From IMG/VR virus record IMGVR_UViG_2718218135_000001, positions 1-64,000 of that record: a DNA stretch of 64,000 nucleotides; one strand, given 5' to 3'. Below, piece by piece: positions 34,143 to 43,476 of the stretch (within the stretch, counting starts at the first letter, position 1; every line of letters starts with the position of its first letter). This stretch comes from a virus (lineage: Duplodnaviria > Heunggongvirae > Uroviricota > Caudoviricetes). Both the position numbers and the translations under genes were made by a program. Below the pieces are notes generated by a model that worked only from the letters and a program-made list of their open reading frames with translations, was not told where the DNA came from and searched no databases.

Positions 34143-34155
34143 AAACAATTTGTTT
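34143..34155. promoter_or_regulatory. AAACAA-N-TTGTTT palindromic motif (representative copy)
   Basis: aaacaatttgttt 12 bp upstream of the ATG at 34167; upstream block tggtattatttacgccattgag is paralogous to the block before 33652. Confidence 0.45.
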
Positions 34156-34166
34156 ACGGAGTGGTG

Positions 34167-34478
34167 ATGAATACTTCATTGGTGCTGGGTCTTGCTGAAG
34201 GCCAGGAGAGAAAAGAAAAACCAACCTTAATGGGGCATCTCACATTGCTGGATATCGTAGCGAATGGGACTTCTATCCGTCTGTTTCGTGAAAAAGCCAT
34301 TACCTTCGACGCGGGCAATTTTACGCGCTATGTGATGGTAGTTCGTCGCCAGCGTGGAAGAGGGTGGATGTCGGTCCAGAAAATGTGGCCAGAGGACCAG
34401 CTTGAACTGGCGCTGATGGAAGCCAACCGTGTCGCCCAACAAGAGATCCAACGAGCGTCTGTTCAGGCGGTAGCTTAA
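34167..34478 (+). CDS. hypothetical protein
   Basis: ATG after ggag; 104 aa. Confidence 0.45.
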   Translation: MNTSLVLGLAEGQERKEKPTLMGHLTLLDIVANGTSIRLFREKAITFDAGNFTRYVMVVRRQRGRGWMSVQKMWPEDQLELALMEANRVAQQEIQRASVQAVA

Positions 34479-34512
34479 ACATGTGCAAGCAGTAGTTAGT
34501 CGAATGTACGAC

Positions 34513-34541
34513 AGCCCCGCCAATCCTTCGGGGCTTTTTTG
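34513..34541 (+). terminator. rho-independent terminator
   Basis: gccccg-ccaatcctt-cggggc followed by TTTTTT. Confidence 0.7.
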
Positions 34542-34599
34542 TATTGTAAGTACTTACTTATGATAATAAAATTAAAAATTAAACACTAAGGAGAGTGAA

Positions 34600-34995
34600 A
34601 TGACCGTTAAACGCGAAAATCTGACCCTGGATATGTATTATGCATCAGAGACGGAAAATGGAGACAAAGTTGCAAAAATTACAATTGTGCTACGCGATAA
34701 TACCTCCGGCGAAGAAGTTCACACCAGTACCTTAACTCGCACCGGCGAGGCCACAAAGGGGAAATATTCGGTGCGTTACCAAAGCATCAGTAATGCTTCT
34801 GACCCTTTACTGATAAAACTGGAAACTCATTTCCGTGGCGCGGATCAGACGTTGTTTGAAAATTTGATGAAAAAGGTCGATACGGTTTATACATCGAGTT
34901 TAAATACCAATAGTACCTGGATGGGACAACACGGTCTGCGAATAATCTCCGGCGAAAAGATCGACACCATTGTCCCTGAAAGCGTATTCGCTTAA
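34600..34995 (+). CDS. hypothetical protein
   Basis: 131 aa, RBS aaggagag. Confidence 0.5.
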   Translation: MTVKRENLTLDMYYASETENGDKVAKITIVLRDNTSGEEVHTSTLTRTGEATKGKYSVRYQSISNASDPLLIKLETHFRGADQTLFENLMKKVDTVYTSSLNTNSTWMGQHGLRIISGEKIDTIVPESVFA

Positions 34996-35003
34996 TCCTC
35001 TTT

Positions 35004-35033
35004 GAATGGCGCGTAAACCGCGCCATTTTCTTA
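35004..35033 (+). terminator. rho-independent terminator
   Basis: aatggcgcg-taaac-cgcgccatt followed by ttctt. Confidence 0.6.
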
Positions 35034-35112
35034 TGCCCGATAACAATTTGTTTTCTGCCTTATCTGATTTGTGAAAATGATTTCACTGAAGCAACTTAAT
35101 AAGGAAACCATC

Positions 35113-35487
35113 ATGGGACTTGATATCTATATCGAGACGCAGCCTAAAAACGATCTGAATAACGAGGCATCCAGAAAGCAGGTTGCTTACTTCCGTAAGT
35201 TCAATGCGCTCGTTGGGTGGATGGAGCGCAACGTAGGTGAAGTCGAAAATTGTGAGCTTTTAGAATTAACGATGAATGACATTTGTTTTCTGAAGGCTCA
35301 TTTGATGCACATAAACGAAAGTAATTGCGAAGAGTACTTGCCTACCCAGGAAGGTTTTTTCTTCGGCAGTCAGGAGTACGATGAAGGTTACTGGCATGAC
35401 GTGGATAAGCTGAAAAAACTTGTGGAAGACCTGATCAGGAACCACGACTTTCACAATAACAGACTGACGTTCCGTGCCTGGTGGTAA
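35113..35487 (+). CDS. hypothetical protein
   Basis: ATG after aaggaaacc; motif at 35042 upstream. Confidence 0.45.
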   Translation: MGLDIYIETQPKNDLNNEASRKQVAYFRKFNALVGWMERNVGEVENCELLELTMNDICFLKAHLMHINESNCEEYLPTQEGFFFGSQEYDEGYWHDVDKLKKLVEDLIRNHDFHNNRLTFRAWW

Positions 35488-35837
35488 ATATGGGCGATTT
35501 CAAGAAACGCCTGAAGGAAAGAGCCGAGATGGTCAGAAATCAAAACGCATCTTCTGTCATCAGATACGCAAGGCAGTTTAGTCGCAACAACAAATCAGTT
35601 GAGGAAAAGATCCTTAGCGCAATCGGGCGATAATTATTAAGGCCACCAGCAGTGGTGGCCTTAAATGACCATCCTGTTTCCCGCAGGCTAAAAACACCAA
35701 CCTCTTACCTCCAGGCAACCGACAAACCCACCTGTTCCCGTCCGGCTACCGCAACTTTCCACTTTGACGCCTTATTCGTACAACGATAATTAACACCAAC
35801 AAGAAAACAATTTGTTATTTACGATAAGGAATTAATC

Positions 35838-36320
35838 ATGAATTTTATCGCTACTGTAAACGCACCCGCACATGGCAATATCGCTGTAACGTTCTCTGAC
35901 ATTGAAAAACGAGTACTTGGTGCATGGCGCGACAATGAGACGGTAGAACTGTCAGCACAAGAAAAATGCATTATTGCACGCGACATCATTGGCAATCGTC
36001 GTTACTCGCGGGTATTTGAGAAAGCATATGTGGTAAATTCTGGATTCGGAACGTTCGTCTTTCCGGTGCGCTCCGGGCGATTCTGCCAGTCCAAGCTGAT
36101 TGAGTTCGCTACGCAGATTTCTGTCTGGATTAAAACTCAATCGTCGTTCAAATTTTCCGACGATGAAGCAGTATCGCAGGGGATGCGGATCGCCAACAAT
36201 GCAATAAAATGCAAAAACATTACGTATGCCGCTGGCGTTGACACATGGAAACTGTTTTGCGCTAACTTTATGCTGAATGTATACGCAAGCAACCGCATCC
36301 ACATCCTTGATGGCGTGTAA
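35838..36320 (+). CDS. hypothetical protein
   Basis: 160 aa, RBS aaggaa; motif at 35805 preceded by taacaccaacaag; hairpin 36327-36352 downstream. Confidence 0.5.
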   Translation: MNFIATVNAPAHGNIAVTFSDIEKRVLGAWRDNETVELSAQEKCIIARDIIGNRRYSRVFEKAYVVNSGFGTFVFPVRSGRFCQSKLIEFATQISVWIKTQSSFKFSDDEAVSQGMRIANNAIKCKNITYAAGVDTWKLFCANFMLNVYASNRIHILDGV

Positions 36321-36867
36321 CTGAGAAGAGGGCCAGAAACGGCCCTTTCTCTATAGCCACCAGCTGCCGCAGGGAAATTTTCAGAAACGGCGAGGAACGC
36401 ATTCATGAGCCGAAGGGAAACGACCATGAAATTTTCTGGAAACGGCGGGGGTCGCCTTTATGTAGAAAACTGAGCGGGAGAAACCCGGAATCGCGCCAGA
36501 AATTGCATAGCGGCGCTGGGTAGTTGCTGGTGGGCTTTCAGCCCCTGGGCCATCCAGATAGCTTTCGCTATGTGATTATGTGAATCCGTGGGTAAATCAC
36601 TGTAAGCGCGTACACGTTGCCCAACGTGGCAATCATATGCGAGCGGATACAAAACAACACAAAGAGCCGATCCGCGCCGACAAATAAACGCGGATCACAT
36701 AGCAAGACTAAAAGCCAATGATTAACCATACTCTATAGCGCAATATAACGCGTTTTAAGCGCGTTAATGTGTTAAGTAATGGGTATGTACTGACAAGGAT
36801 ATAAAAGCGCGTCTATGGCGTTATTTTGGTGCTTATTTTTATGTTGTTGGAGTGAGTTAAAGACAAT

Positions 36868-37216
36868 AAAAAACGCGCCATCATTGGCGCGTTATGGTGG
36901 GAGTATTGGAAACGAAAAAAGCGCCCATAGTGGGCGCTCGATTTTATTTGTGTAAACTGATTTCAAATCCTATTTCTACAAACGCTTTCAACATTAAAAA
37001 GATATCAGCGTCATTCACGTCTGCTTTTTTTCGCTCCTGGTCGTTCAATAAGTCAATTTTGCGCGTTGTTTCATTTATAAACTCGACTGCGCGCCCAGCG
37101 ATCCCAGCGATCCCAGCGATGCGATTAACATAATATTCATTATGGACGTTAACGCCAGCGATAAGAACAAACATGATTAAGCTCCTTAAAACTAGCGCCC
37201 ATAGTGGGCGCTATAT
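36868..37216. repeat. Hairpin cluster: two identical GCGCCCATAGTGGGCGC palindromes, a third GC hairpin and a 9 bp tandem repeat
   Basis: acgcgccatcattggcgcgt (~36870-36892); gcgcccatagtgggcgc at ~36922-36940 and ~37197-37215; (agcgatccc) x3 at ~37095-37125. Confidence 0.6.
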
Positions 37217-37224
37217 CCATCTAA

Positions 37225-37875
37225 TTACGCTTTGAAAGCATCAGCCAGATAGTTATAAAAATCATTTTTAACGAAGCGATATTGCTGTGATCCGTTTTTC
37301 GCTGCACCCATTCCTTTGATTTTTTCGACCAGTCCCAGACGTTCGCAAAGATTGATAAGCTGGTTGGCTTGAGTGTATCCAGCGTCTAATTTTATTTCGT
37401 TGGCTTTTTTCGCTTCATTCATTAAATCGAAAACAGCGCCATTAGTGAACGTCTCGATCTCGTCGTTAATCATATCGATTAGAGCGAATACGCGAGATCC
37501 GGACATATCAGCGACGGAATAAACGCATTTACCAGACTTAATGGATTTAACCAGATAAACCAATTTTTCCAGTGAATAACTATTAGTCATTGCTTCGCGG
37601 AAAAATGCTTCAGGTGCTTGTTTGCTTGCTTTAATCGCGTAGTAAAACACGCCAGCTAATTTTTCATCATTAACAGCGTTTAAAACGTTGTTCGTGAAAT
37701 AAGCTAATTTAGTAGACGCTGCAAGCATGTTAGCTTTATCCGCTTTTGTGTGTGTACCATTTTTATAATGATTGTTATAAGTCTGGGTAGCGTTGTTGGC
37801 TGCAACTTGTAACTCATTAGCGATAACCACAGCAGCGTCGATGATAGCTTTTTTAGAAATGGTAACGTTAGACAT
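37225..37875 (-). CDS. hypothetical protein (low-GC island)
   Basis: 216 aa; low GC relative to flanks; terminator hairpin just downstream, own promoter region upstream. Confidence 0.5.
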   Translation of the reverse strand: MSNVTISKKAIIDAAVVIANELQVAANNATQTYNNHYKNGTHTKADKANMLAASTKLAYFTNNVLNAVNDEKLAGVFYYAIKASKQAPEAFFREAMTNSYSLEKLVYLVKSIKSGKCVYSVADMSGSRVFALIDMINDEIETFTNGAVFDLMNEAKKANEIKLDAGYTQANQLINLCERLGLVEKIKGMGAAKNGSQQYRFVKNDFYNYLADAFKA

Positions 37876-38189
37876 GATGTTAATCCTTAATAAGAGTAAA
37901 AATAAAATTCTTGTATCGTTAGCGTGTTCGCTTTCGATGTGAGTAATTATCGATATGCAGAAATTAAAATCAAGAGTTTTTTACGCGGGAGCGAAAAAAT
38001 TTTTATTCAATAAAAATCAAAGTCTTAGAAATAAAACGCGTTTTCTCGAAGGTGTTGCCTAAATAAATTCCCTATTCGGTCAATCACCCTTATATATTTA
38101 AAGTGAAATCGGGATTAGGGAAAATAAATATAACGGGAAGTGACACATAAAATAATAACCGGACTTAGCCGGTTATCACCCTTATAGAT

Positions 38190-38714
38190 TTAAAACGGTA
38201 AAATCCGTTCGACCCAATCGAAGAGAACTATCGTTCGTCCGCGCTCGCCAACTCTCATTGCGACCTGACAGGCATCAACGCCTAACGAACACCCCTCAAT
38301 TTCACGGCCATCCGCCATGTAGACCCTTATAGACTTTTGCGCCTCATGAGCTTGACGACAAATTTTGAAGAAATCGCGGCGAGATGGCCGATTGTCCACA
38401 TAGTCAGGGTGTACAGTGAGCCTACCTGTAAACATCTTGTCCACTTCGACAGGTGTAATTGTTTCTATGGTGCTAACTCGCTCCAATGGAAGACGAACAC
38501 GATGTTCTTTACTTCCTATAACGGGAGAAAGATCTAGCTTATTGCGTGCGGTAAGCAGACCAATAACGTAAAGACAAAACGTCTGACCATCATCGATCGT
38601 GACCCTTACAGGTATATTCCTTGCCCGTAGGAACTGCAAACTAAACTCCACGTTAGAGTAGTCGCGGGGCCAGACCTCTGCTGGGATGCCGTATGTAATG
38701 TCTGTGATCGTCAT
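38190..38714 (-). CDS. hypothetical protein (low-GC island)
   Basis: 174 aa; start overlaps the upstream stop; aaccggacttagccggtt hairpin downstream. Confidence 0.5.
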   Translation of the reverse strand: MTITDITYGIPAEVWPRDYSNVEFSLQFLRARNIPVRVTIDDGQTFCLYVIGLLTARNKLDLSPVIGSKEHRVRLPLERVSTIETITPVEVDKMFTGRLTVHPDYVDNRPSRRDFFKICRQAHEAQKSIRVYMADGREIEGCSLGVDACQVAMRVGERGRTIVLFDWVERILPF

Positions 38715-39304
38715 TAGTCTACCTTAAGTGGCGTGTCGAGAAGCCCAAACTTAAACTGCTTGCTACCTGCCACGAGGAAGGGGGCTTCGATGTAAATGGT
38801 TTTGTTGTCGATATCTGATTTTGCGGTCTTTTTGATGTCTTTTAGAAGCCTAATTGTTGCTGCGTTGTCCAGAACAAGTACTTTGCCGGTCGCATCATTG
38901 CCGATTTTGCCGTATGTCGTGAACGATTCATTACTGCCAACGCGGATATTAATCGGGCAACCGCTCTTGGCGATCTCATCACAGTACATAGTTCCATCAA
39001 TCACATTTAGTAGACCGTAGGTTGGAACAAGAGCCTTGCCAGAGTTGGTGCTTGTTCCTTCTTTGACAGCTGTACCCATGATTTGAAGGCGCATATGTTC
39101 TGATTCACCGGAAATCAGTGTTTCTTCCGCGTTATCGGAATACCTGAACCATACAGGTTGAACTGTTCCTCTGGCCTCGTATTTTACATTGTCTAGGGTA
39201 GTGAACTTGCTGTACGTTTTTTGCATGTCAGCAACCATATCTGACACTGCATTGGCAGAGAATGATAGAATATAGGTGGTTACTAAGATGGCTAAACGAG
39301 TCAT
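38714..39304 (-). CDS. secreted hypothetical protein (low-GC island)
   Basis: 196 aa with signal peptide MTRLAILVTTYILSFSANA. Confidence 0.5.
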   Translation of the reverse strand: MTRLAILVTTYILSFSANAVSDMVADMQKTYSKFTTLDNVKYEARGTVQPVWFRYSDNAEETLISGESEHMRLQIMGTAVKEGTSTNSGKALVPTYGLLNVIDGTMYCDEIAKSGCPINIRVGSNESFTTYGKIGNDATGKVLVLDNAATIRLLKDIKKTAKSDIDNKTIYIEAPFLVAGSKQFKFGLLDTPLKVD

Positions 39305-39602
39305 TCTGACCTCAAATTAACGATATGCTATTTCCAACAGAAGATGCTGCTTATAAACGCCTCAAGATGAAATCTGAATAATTTGTCTTTGAAAAAATTT
39401 CTCGCCATGAGTGATTTTACGCTCTAGCGAATTAAGAATTTCGTTAATGAAAATATTCATCCACCACCTCTGGCTCAAATTCCTCGGTTGTGAAGCCTAC
39501 AAATATTCGTCAACCGATCAAGAACTTTTTTTTCAGCCGGAGGTGTGCGAAATTGTGATATAAATCACATGCTGACATCTACAGACGCCAGCATATTGAT
39601 GA

Positions 39603-40142
39603 TTATTTGTCCAGCACTTTGTACTTGTTCGTAATCAAACGCTCACCCTTTCTGGTAACTGTAAAACCAAACGGCGCTTTGCTGTTTTTACGTAACACGC
39701 TTTCAGCGAGCGCTTCATCGGTAGGTTGTATAGTTGAATTGTCTATCCAGTCGATGAGGGTAAGAAAGTTTAAAAGTTTCATGCTCGTGACGCCCATCTT
39801 ACAGGCTATGTCACGGACGGTACGAATCTGCCTGCATTTTGTTTCATGTGCTGCGATAGGTGTCTTTGAATTGTTTGGTGTCAGTAACGTATCCAGTGTA
39901 TTAAAGAACCCCCTTGCGGATTCAGACTTAATAAGACCTGAGTCGCTCATATCACACGCGATACGGTACAGAATATTGCTGTTGTTCATGAAGGGATAGT
40001 TCTCAACGAATCTGACGAATGCTTGTGCATTTTTCTCTCCGCATTTGTAATCCAGCGGATTATCTACGCGCCAGAAAAATGCACTGTTGTTTTTTGCGTC
40101 AAAGATATCAACAAATGGTAGTTCAGCTAAATAGTTCATCAT
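39603..40142 (-). CDS. hypothetical protein (low-GC island)
   Basis: 179 aa, no motif recognised. Confidence 0.45.
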   Translation of the reverse strand: MMNYLAELPFVDIFDAKNNSAFFWRVDNPLDYKCGEKNAQAFVRFVENYPFMNNSNILYRIACDMSDSGLIKSESARGFFNTLDTLLTPNNSKTPIAAHETKCRQIRTVRDIACKMGVTSMKLLNFLTLIDWIDNSTIQPTDEALAESVLRKNSKAPFGFTVTRKGERLITNKYKVLDK

Positions 40143-40204
40143 GTGCTCCTTTGTAACTTGACGAGCACATGATGAACTACGAAATAAGGGGAAAAAGTGG
40201 AAGA

Positions 40205-40483
40205 TTACGGCAGCCGTTTGAGAATATCGGCCAGATCTTCTTTGGTCATACCCGAGTTTTCGTAAATCTTCATGACCTTTTCACGAGCCTTTGCAGTAGT
40301 CTCTAATGACGTAGCTATCTTATCAAAATCACCCATCGTCATATTGGACAGCACCAGATTGATGATGTCTGCCTTTGACAGTTTTATGCTGCGTTCACGC
40401 AGTCGATTCTGAAAGGTCTCTAGTTTATCGTTTGCTTTTTCGGTTAACTTAACCTGGCAGTTAATAGCGCGTTTCTCGCTCAT
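40205..40483 (-). CDS. small protein downstream of the helicase (UvsW.1-like position)
   Basis: 92 aa, coupled to the helicase gene (3 nt gap). Confidence 0.4.
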   Translation of the reverse strand: MSEKRAINCQVKLTEKANDKLETFQNRLRERSIKLSKADIINLVLSNMTMGDFDKIATSLETTAKAREKVMKIYENSGMTKEDLADILKRLP

Positions 40484-40485
40484 GC

Positions 40486-42045
40486 TTACTCTCTATCCAA
40501 AACAGTGAAATCGAATGTGCTGCCAACCGGCAAGACCCCCTCGGCAAACCCAGGCGTCGTGTCGATAATGTGTTTCCGCTCATATGAATGCGACATGAGG
40601 TATTTGTTGCTCACGTCGATGAAGTCGGTAATAAAGCACACGTTAGCCTGATTTTTCTTGGCTCGTAAGCCACGACCGACACGCTGTCTCATTTCAACTT
40701 CTGCTTTCCCGCCACCACCCAGAATCACCGCGCCTACGCTTGGAACGTCGACACCAACATCCAGAATGGTTGAACCAATGAGAACATCTATCTTGCCTGC
40801 CGCCAGACTATTAAGTTTTGCTTGTCGGGTAGTCTGGTTTGATTCTCCGTAGATGAAATCGACCTTGAGGCCACTCTCTTTCATCATTTCCATCAAGATC
40901 TGACCATGACGCTTCAGACGAACCAATGTCATACAGTTCAGACCGTGACTCTTGTACATTAGCGCTTCACGCACAATAGCTTCGTTGCGGCCCAGATTAT
41001 AGACGATGCCTAACTGATAGGCTTTCTGGTAAGCCGTGCTCATTCCAACCCTAAAATTCAGGTGTTTTGAAGCAAGTTCGGCTCTAATCCGCGTCTCATC
41101 TGGAGTGTACGCGATTTTATGATATAAAAAGTATGGTTTCGCTAAAATACCTCTGTCGATCAAATATTTCTCCGTTACTTTTATCTCGATGCGACCCGCA
41201 ACGGCCATGAGACGCATATTTGCTTCAGTCGAGTCCTTCATGAACGGCGTAGCTGTCAGCGCCAGACGGTAGTCGGCATTGGTACACAACCGGGCTATAT
41301 CGTAGAAGTTTGAGCCGGATGATTCGTGCGCTTCTTCCAGAATCAGCAGAGAAACGCTGGACAGGAAGCGCTTAACCAATTCCCGGCGTTTCAGGTGATA
41401 CTGTTTTTTCTCTGGAGATGCGTCGCGCGACGGCTCTTCGAGAAAACTAGCAAGGGTCTGAACCGTGGCAACGTTGATATGGCGCGATACCTGAAACTCA
41501 CCAGATCCAATCACCCCAACTTTCTGACCTTTCAGCCACGGCTCGCCATTCTTCGCGCGGTAGTCGATGGATTTCTGGAAGTTCTCTGCCATCTGGAACA
41601 TCAGAACCGAGCGCGTGGTTAAAAACAGCGTCATACGACCAATGCGAGCTGCTGCCTTACACGCTACGTTCGATTTACCGCCACCCGTCGCAATCTGGGC
41701 AATCATCATCCCTTCGCGCACCAGTGTTTCCACTGTCTGATCCTGATACGCGTAGTCCGGGTTATACGGGAATGGATTAACCACCGGATTCGGCTTACCC
41801 AGCGCGGGAGCTTTTTCCTTGCGAACATGCACGCATTTGATGCCAGCTTTCAGAAGATTGGTCGCAACTGGCTTCGCAAACCCAGCCGGGAACGCGTTTT
41901 TACTCCAGTTGAACATCGTGCTGGTCCCTTTCCAGTCACCAGCCTCCACTTCATAGCTCAACATCTCCTGAACAAGCCGTTTCACGTTGTCATCAGCGCC
42001 AGAAATCAGCGCATTGACTGCATTTGATACAATCCGAACAGTCAT
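40486..42045 (-). CDS. SF2 DEAD/DEAH-box helicase (UvsW-like)
   Basis: Motif I ATGGGKS, II LEEAH, III LTATP, VI QRVGRGLR; 519 aa. Confidence 0.7.
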   Translation of the reverse strand: MTVRIVSNAVNALISGADDNVKRLVQEMLSYEVEAGDWKGTSTMFNWSKNAFPAGFAKPVATNLLKAGIKCVHVRKEKAPALGKPNPVVNPFPYNPDYAYQDQTVETLVREGMMIAQIATGGGKSNVACKAAARIGRMTLFLTTRSVLMFQMAENFQKSIDYRAKNGEPWLKGQKVGVIGSGEFQVSRHINVATVQTLASFLEEPSRDASPEKKQYHLKRRELVKRFLSSVSLLILEEAHESSGSNFYDIARLCTNADYRLALTATPFMKDSTEANMRLMAVAGRIEIKVTEKYLIDRGILAKPYFLYHKIAYTPDETRIRAELASKHLNFRVGMSTAYQKAYQLGIVYNLGRNEAIVREALMYKSHGLNCMTLVRLKRHGQILMEMMKESGLKVDFIYGESNQTTRQAKLNSLAAGKIDVLIGSTILDVGVDVPSVGAVILGGGGKAEVEMRQRVGRGLRAKKNQANVCFITDFIDVSNKYLMSHSYERKHIIDTTPGFAEGVLPVGSTFDFTVLDRE

Positions 42046-42109
42046 AAACCTCTTTCCTTCGTGCCTTTTGTATGGTAATTGGCTATTATGTTAAGTAAGT
42101 ACTTACACA

Positions 42110-42808
42110 ATGGATTGTATCAAAAATATGGATGTGAAAATTACGATTCTACAGGTGGAAGTCGCGAACCTGCGTCCGAACCCCTGGAATACCAACTCCG
42201 TTGGGGCGCAAAACTTCGAAAAACTGAAAGGTTCCATCGAAAAGTTGGGCTTTTTTAAGCCAATTCTGGCGCGAGAGCTGGACGGCGGCATTTTTGAGAT
42301 TCTCGGTGGCGAACATCGCTGGCGTGCCGCGATGGAGCAGGGCATTTCAACGGTTCCCGTAATGTCGGTGGGAAAAATTAACGACCTGGTGGCCAAACAG
42401 ATGTCTCTCGTCGATAACGAGCGCTACGGCGAAGACGATCAGATCGCTTTGCAACGCTTAATCGAAGAAATTCAGTCTGAAATTGACTACCGGTTGTCTG
42501 ATATCGCCCCGTATGACGACGAAATGGCGGCAACGCTCGCCAAAGCATCCGTTATCGATCTTGAAGCGCTGGAAGCGCTCTCCCGCGGCGATGACGAGCC
42601 GGTCGGTGAGGACAAACGCGAGAAAATCGAGCGAGTCGGTGCTGAACACCAGACGATGCGCTTCAAGGTGACGTTCGATGCGTCAGATCGCGTCGCCGAT
42701 ACCATCAAAACCATCATCAAAGAGCAGGGAATCAATACCGGTAACGAAATGGAGAACGCCGGGGAAGCCTTGGTGTGGCTGGTCGACTACTACAAGGAGC
42801 GTATGTAA
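42110..42808 (+). CDS. ParB N-terminal-domain (ParB/sulfiredoxin-like) protein
   Basis: LRPNPWNTN and ILGGEHRWRAA motifs of the ParB nuclease-like fold; acidic C-terminal half. Confidence 0.55.
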   Translation: MDCIKNMDVKITILQVEVANLRPNPWNTNSVGAQNFEKLKGSIEKLGFFKPILARELDGGIFEILGGEHRWRAAMEQGISTVPVMSVGKINDLVAKQMSLVDNERYGEDDQIALQRLIEEIQSEIDYRLSDIAPYDDEMAATLAKASVIDLEALEALSRGDDEPVGEDKREKIERVGAEHQTMRFKVTFDASDRVADTIKTIIKEQGINTGNEMENAGEALVWLVDYYKERM

Positions 42809-43476
42809 TGACCAAGAACTTTGAAATCGTATATCGAAACCCGGCAGAACTTATCCCGTATGAGATGAACGCCAAAAAACATGACGAACAGCAGATCCAC
42901 GACCTGGCGGCTGCCATCAAAAAGCGCGGTTTTGACCAGCCGATCACGGTCGACAAGCACGACGTCATCATTACTGGTCACGGTCGTCGCGAGGCGGCAC
43001 TTCTGGCTGGTCTGGAGCGTGTGCCTGTCATCGTTCGCGACGATCTGAGCGAAGAAGAAGTGAAGGCGAAGCGTCTTGAAGACAACCGCCTGGCCAGTAT
43101 TGACTACGACGCCATCAAATTGCAGCAGGAACTGGAGTCCCTGGTGCTGGGTGACGTTGAGGTCTTTGGTTTTGAAGAGCGAGAGCTGAACGTGCTTGTT
43201 GGCAGCATGACCGAAGAGATGGAAACAGGCTCTCTGGTGCTCGATCTGGGTGAAGAGACGGAACGCCAGAAAGAAGAGCACACCGAGATCAGTCGCGAAG
43301 TGGCCTCTGAAGAAGTCCGAGTCATCGACGTATTGGGCTTTAAAACGCTCCCTGCTGGCTCTGCCATTGTGGTTGGGGATTTGCTTGCCCACATGGAAGA
43401 AATTACGGGAGAAAGCGGGGTAGACGCTTTCGTGGCGTATGCGGAGAAAGTTTCCTCTGGGGAGCTGGCTGCATGA
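42808..43476 (+). CDS. ParB N-terminal-domain protein (second paralogue)
   Basis: ITGHGRREAA motif; start overlaps the upstream stop (TAATG). Confidence 0.5.
   Translation: MTKNFEIVYRNPAELIPYEMNAKKHDEQQIHDLAAAIKKRGFDQPITVDKHDVIITGHGRREAALLAGLERVPVIVRDDLSEEEVKAKRLEDNRLASIDYDAIKLQQELESLVLGDVEVFGFEERELNVLVGSMTEEMETGSLVLDLGEETERQKEEHTEISREVASEEVRVIDVLGFKTLPAGSAIVVGDLLAHMEEITGESGVDAFVAYAEKVSSGELAA

Noticed and set aside
36894-37174. Overlapping 76-79 aa ORFs on both strands between the twin palindromes
   Set aside because: Translations are dominated by the 9 bp tandem repeat (IAGIAGIAG / IPAIPA); more likely a repeat-bearing non-coding segment.
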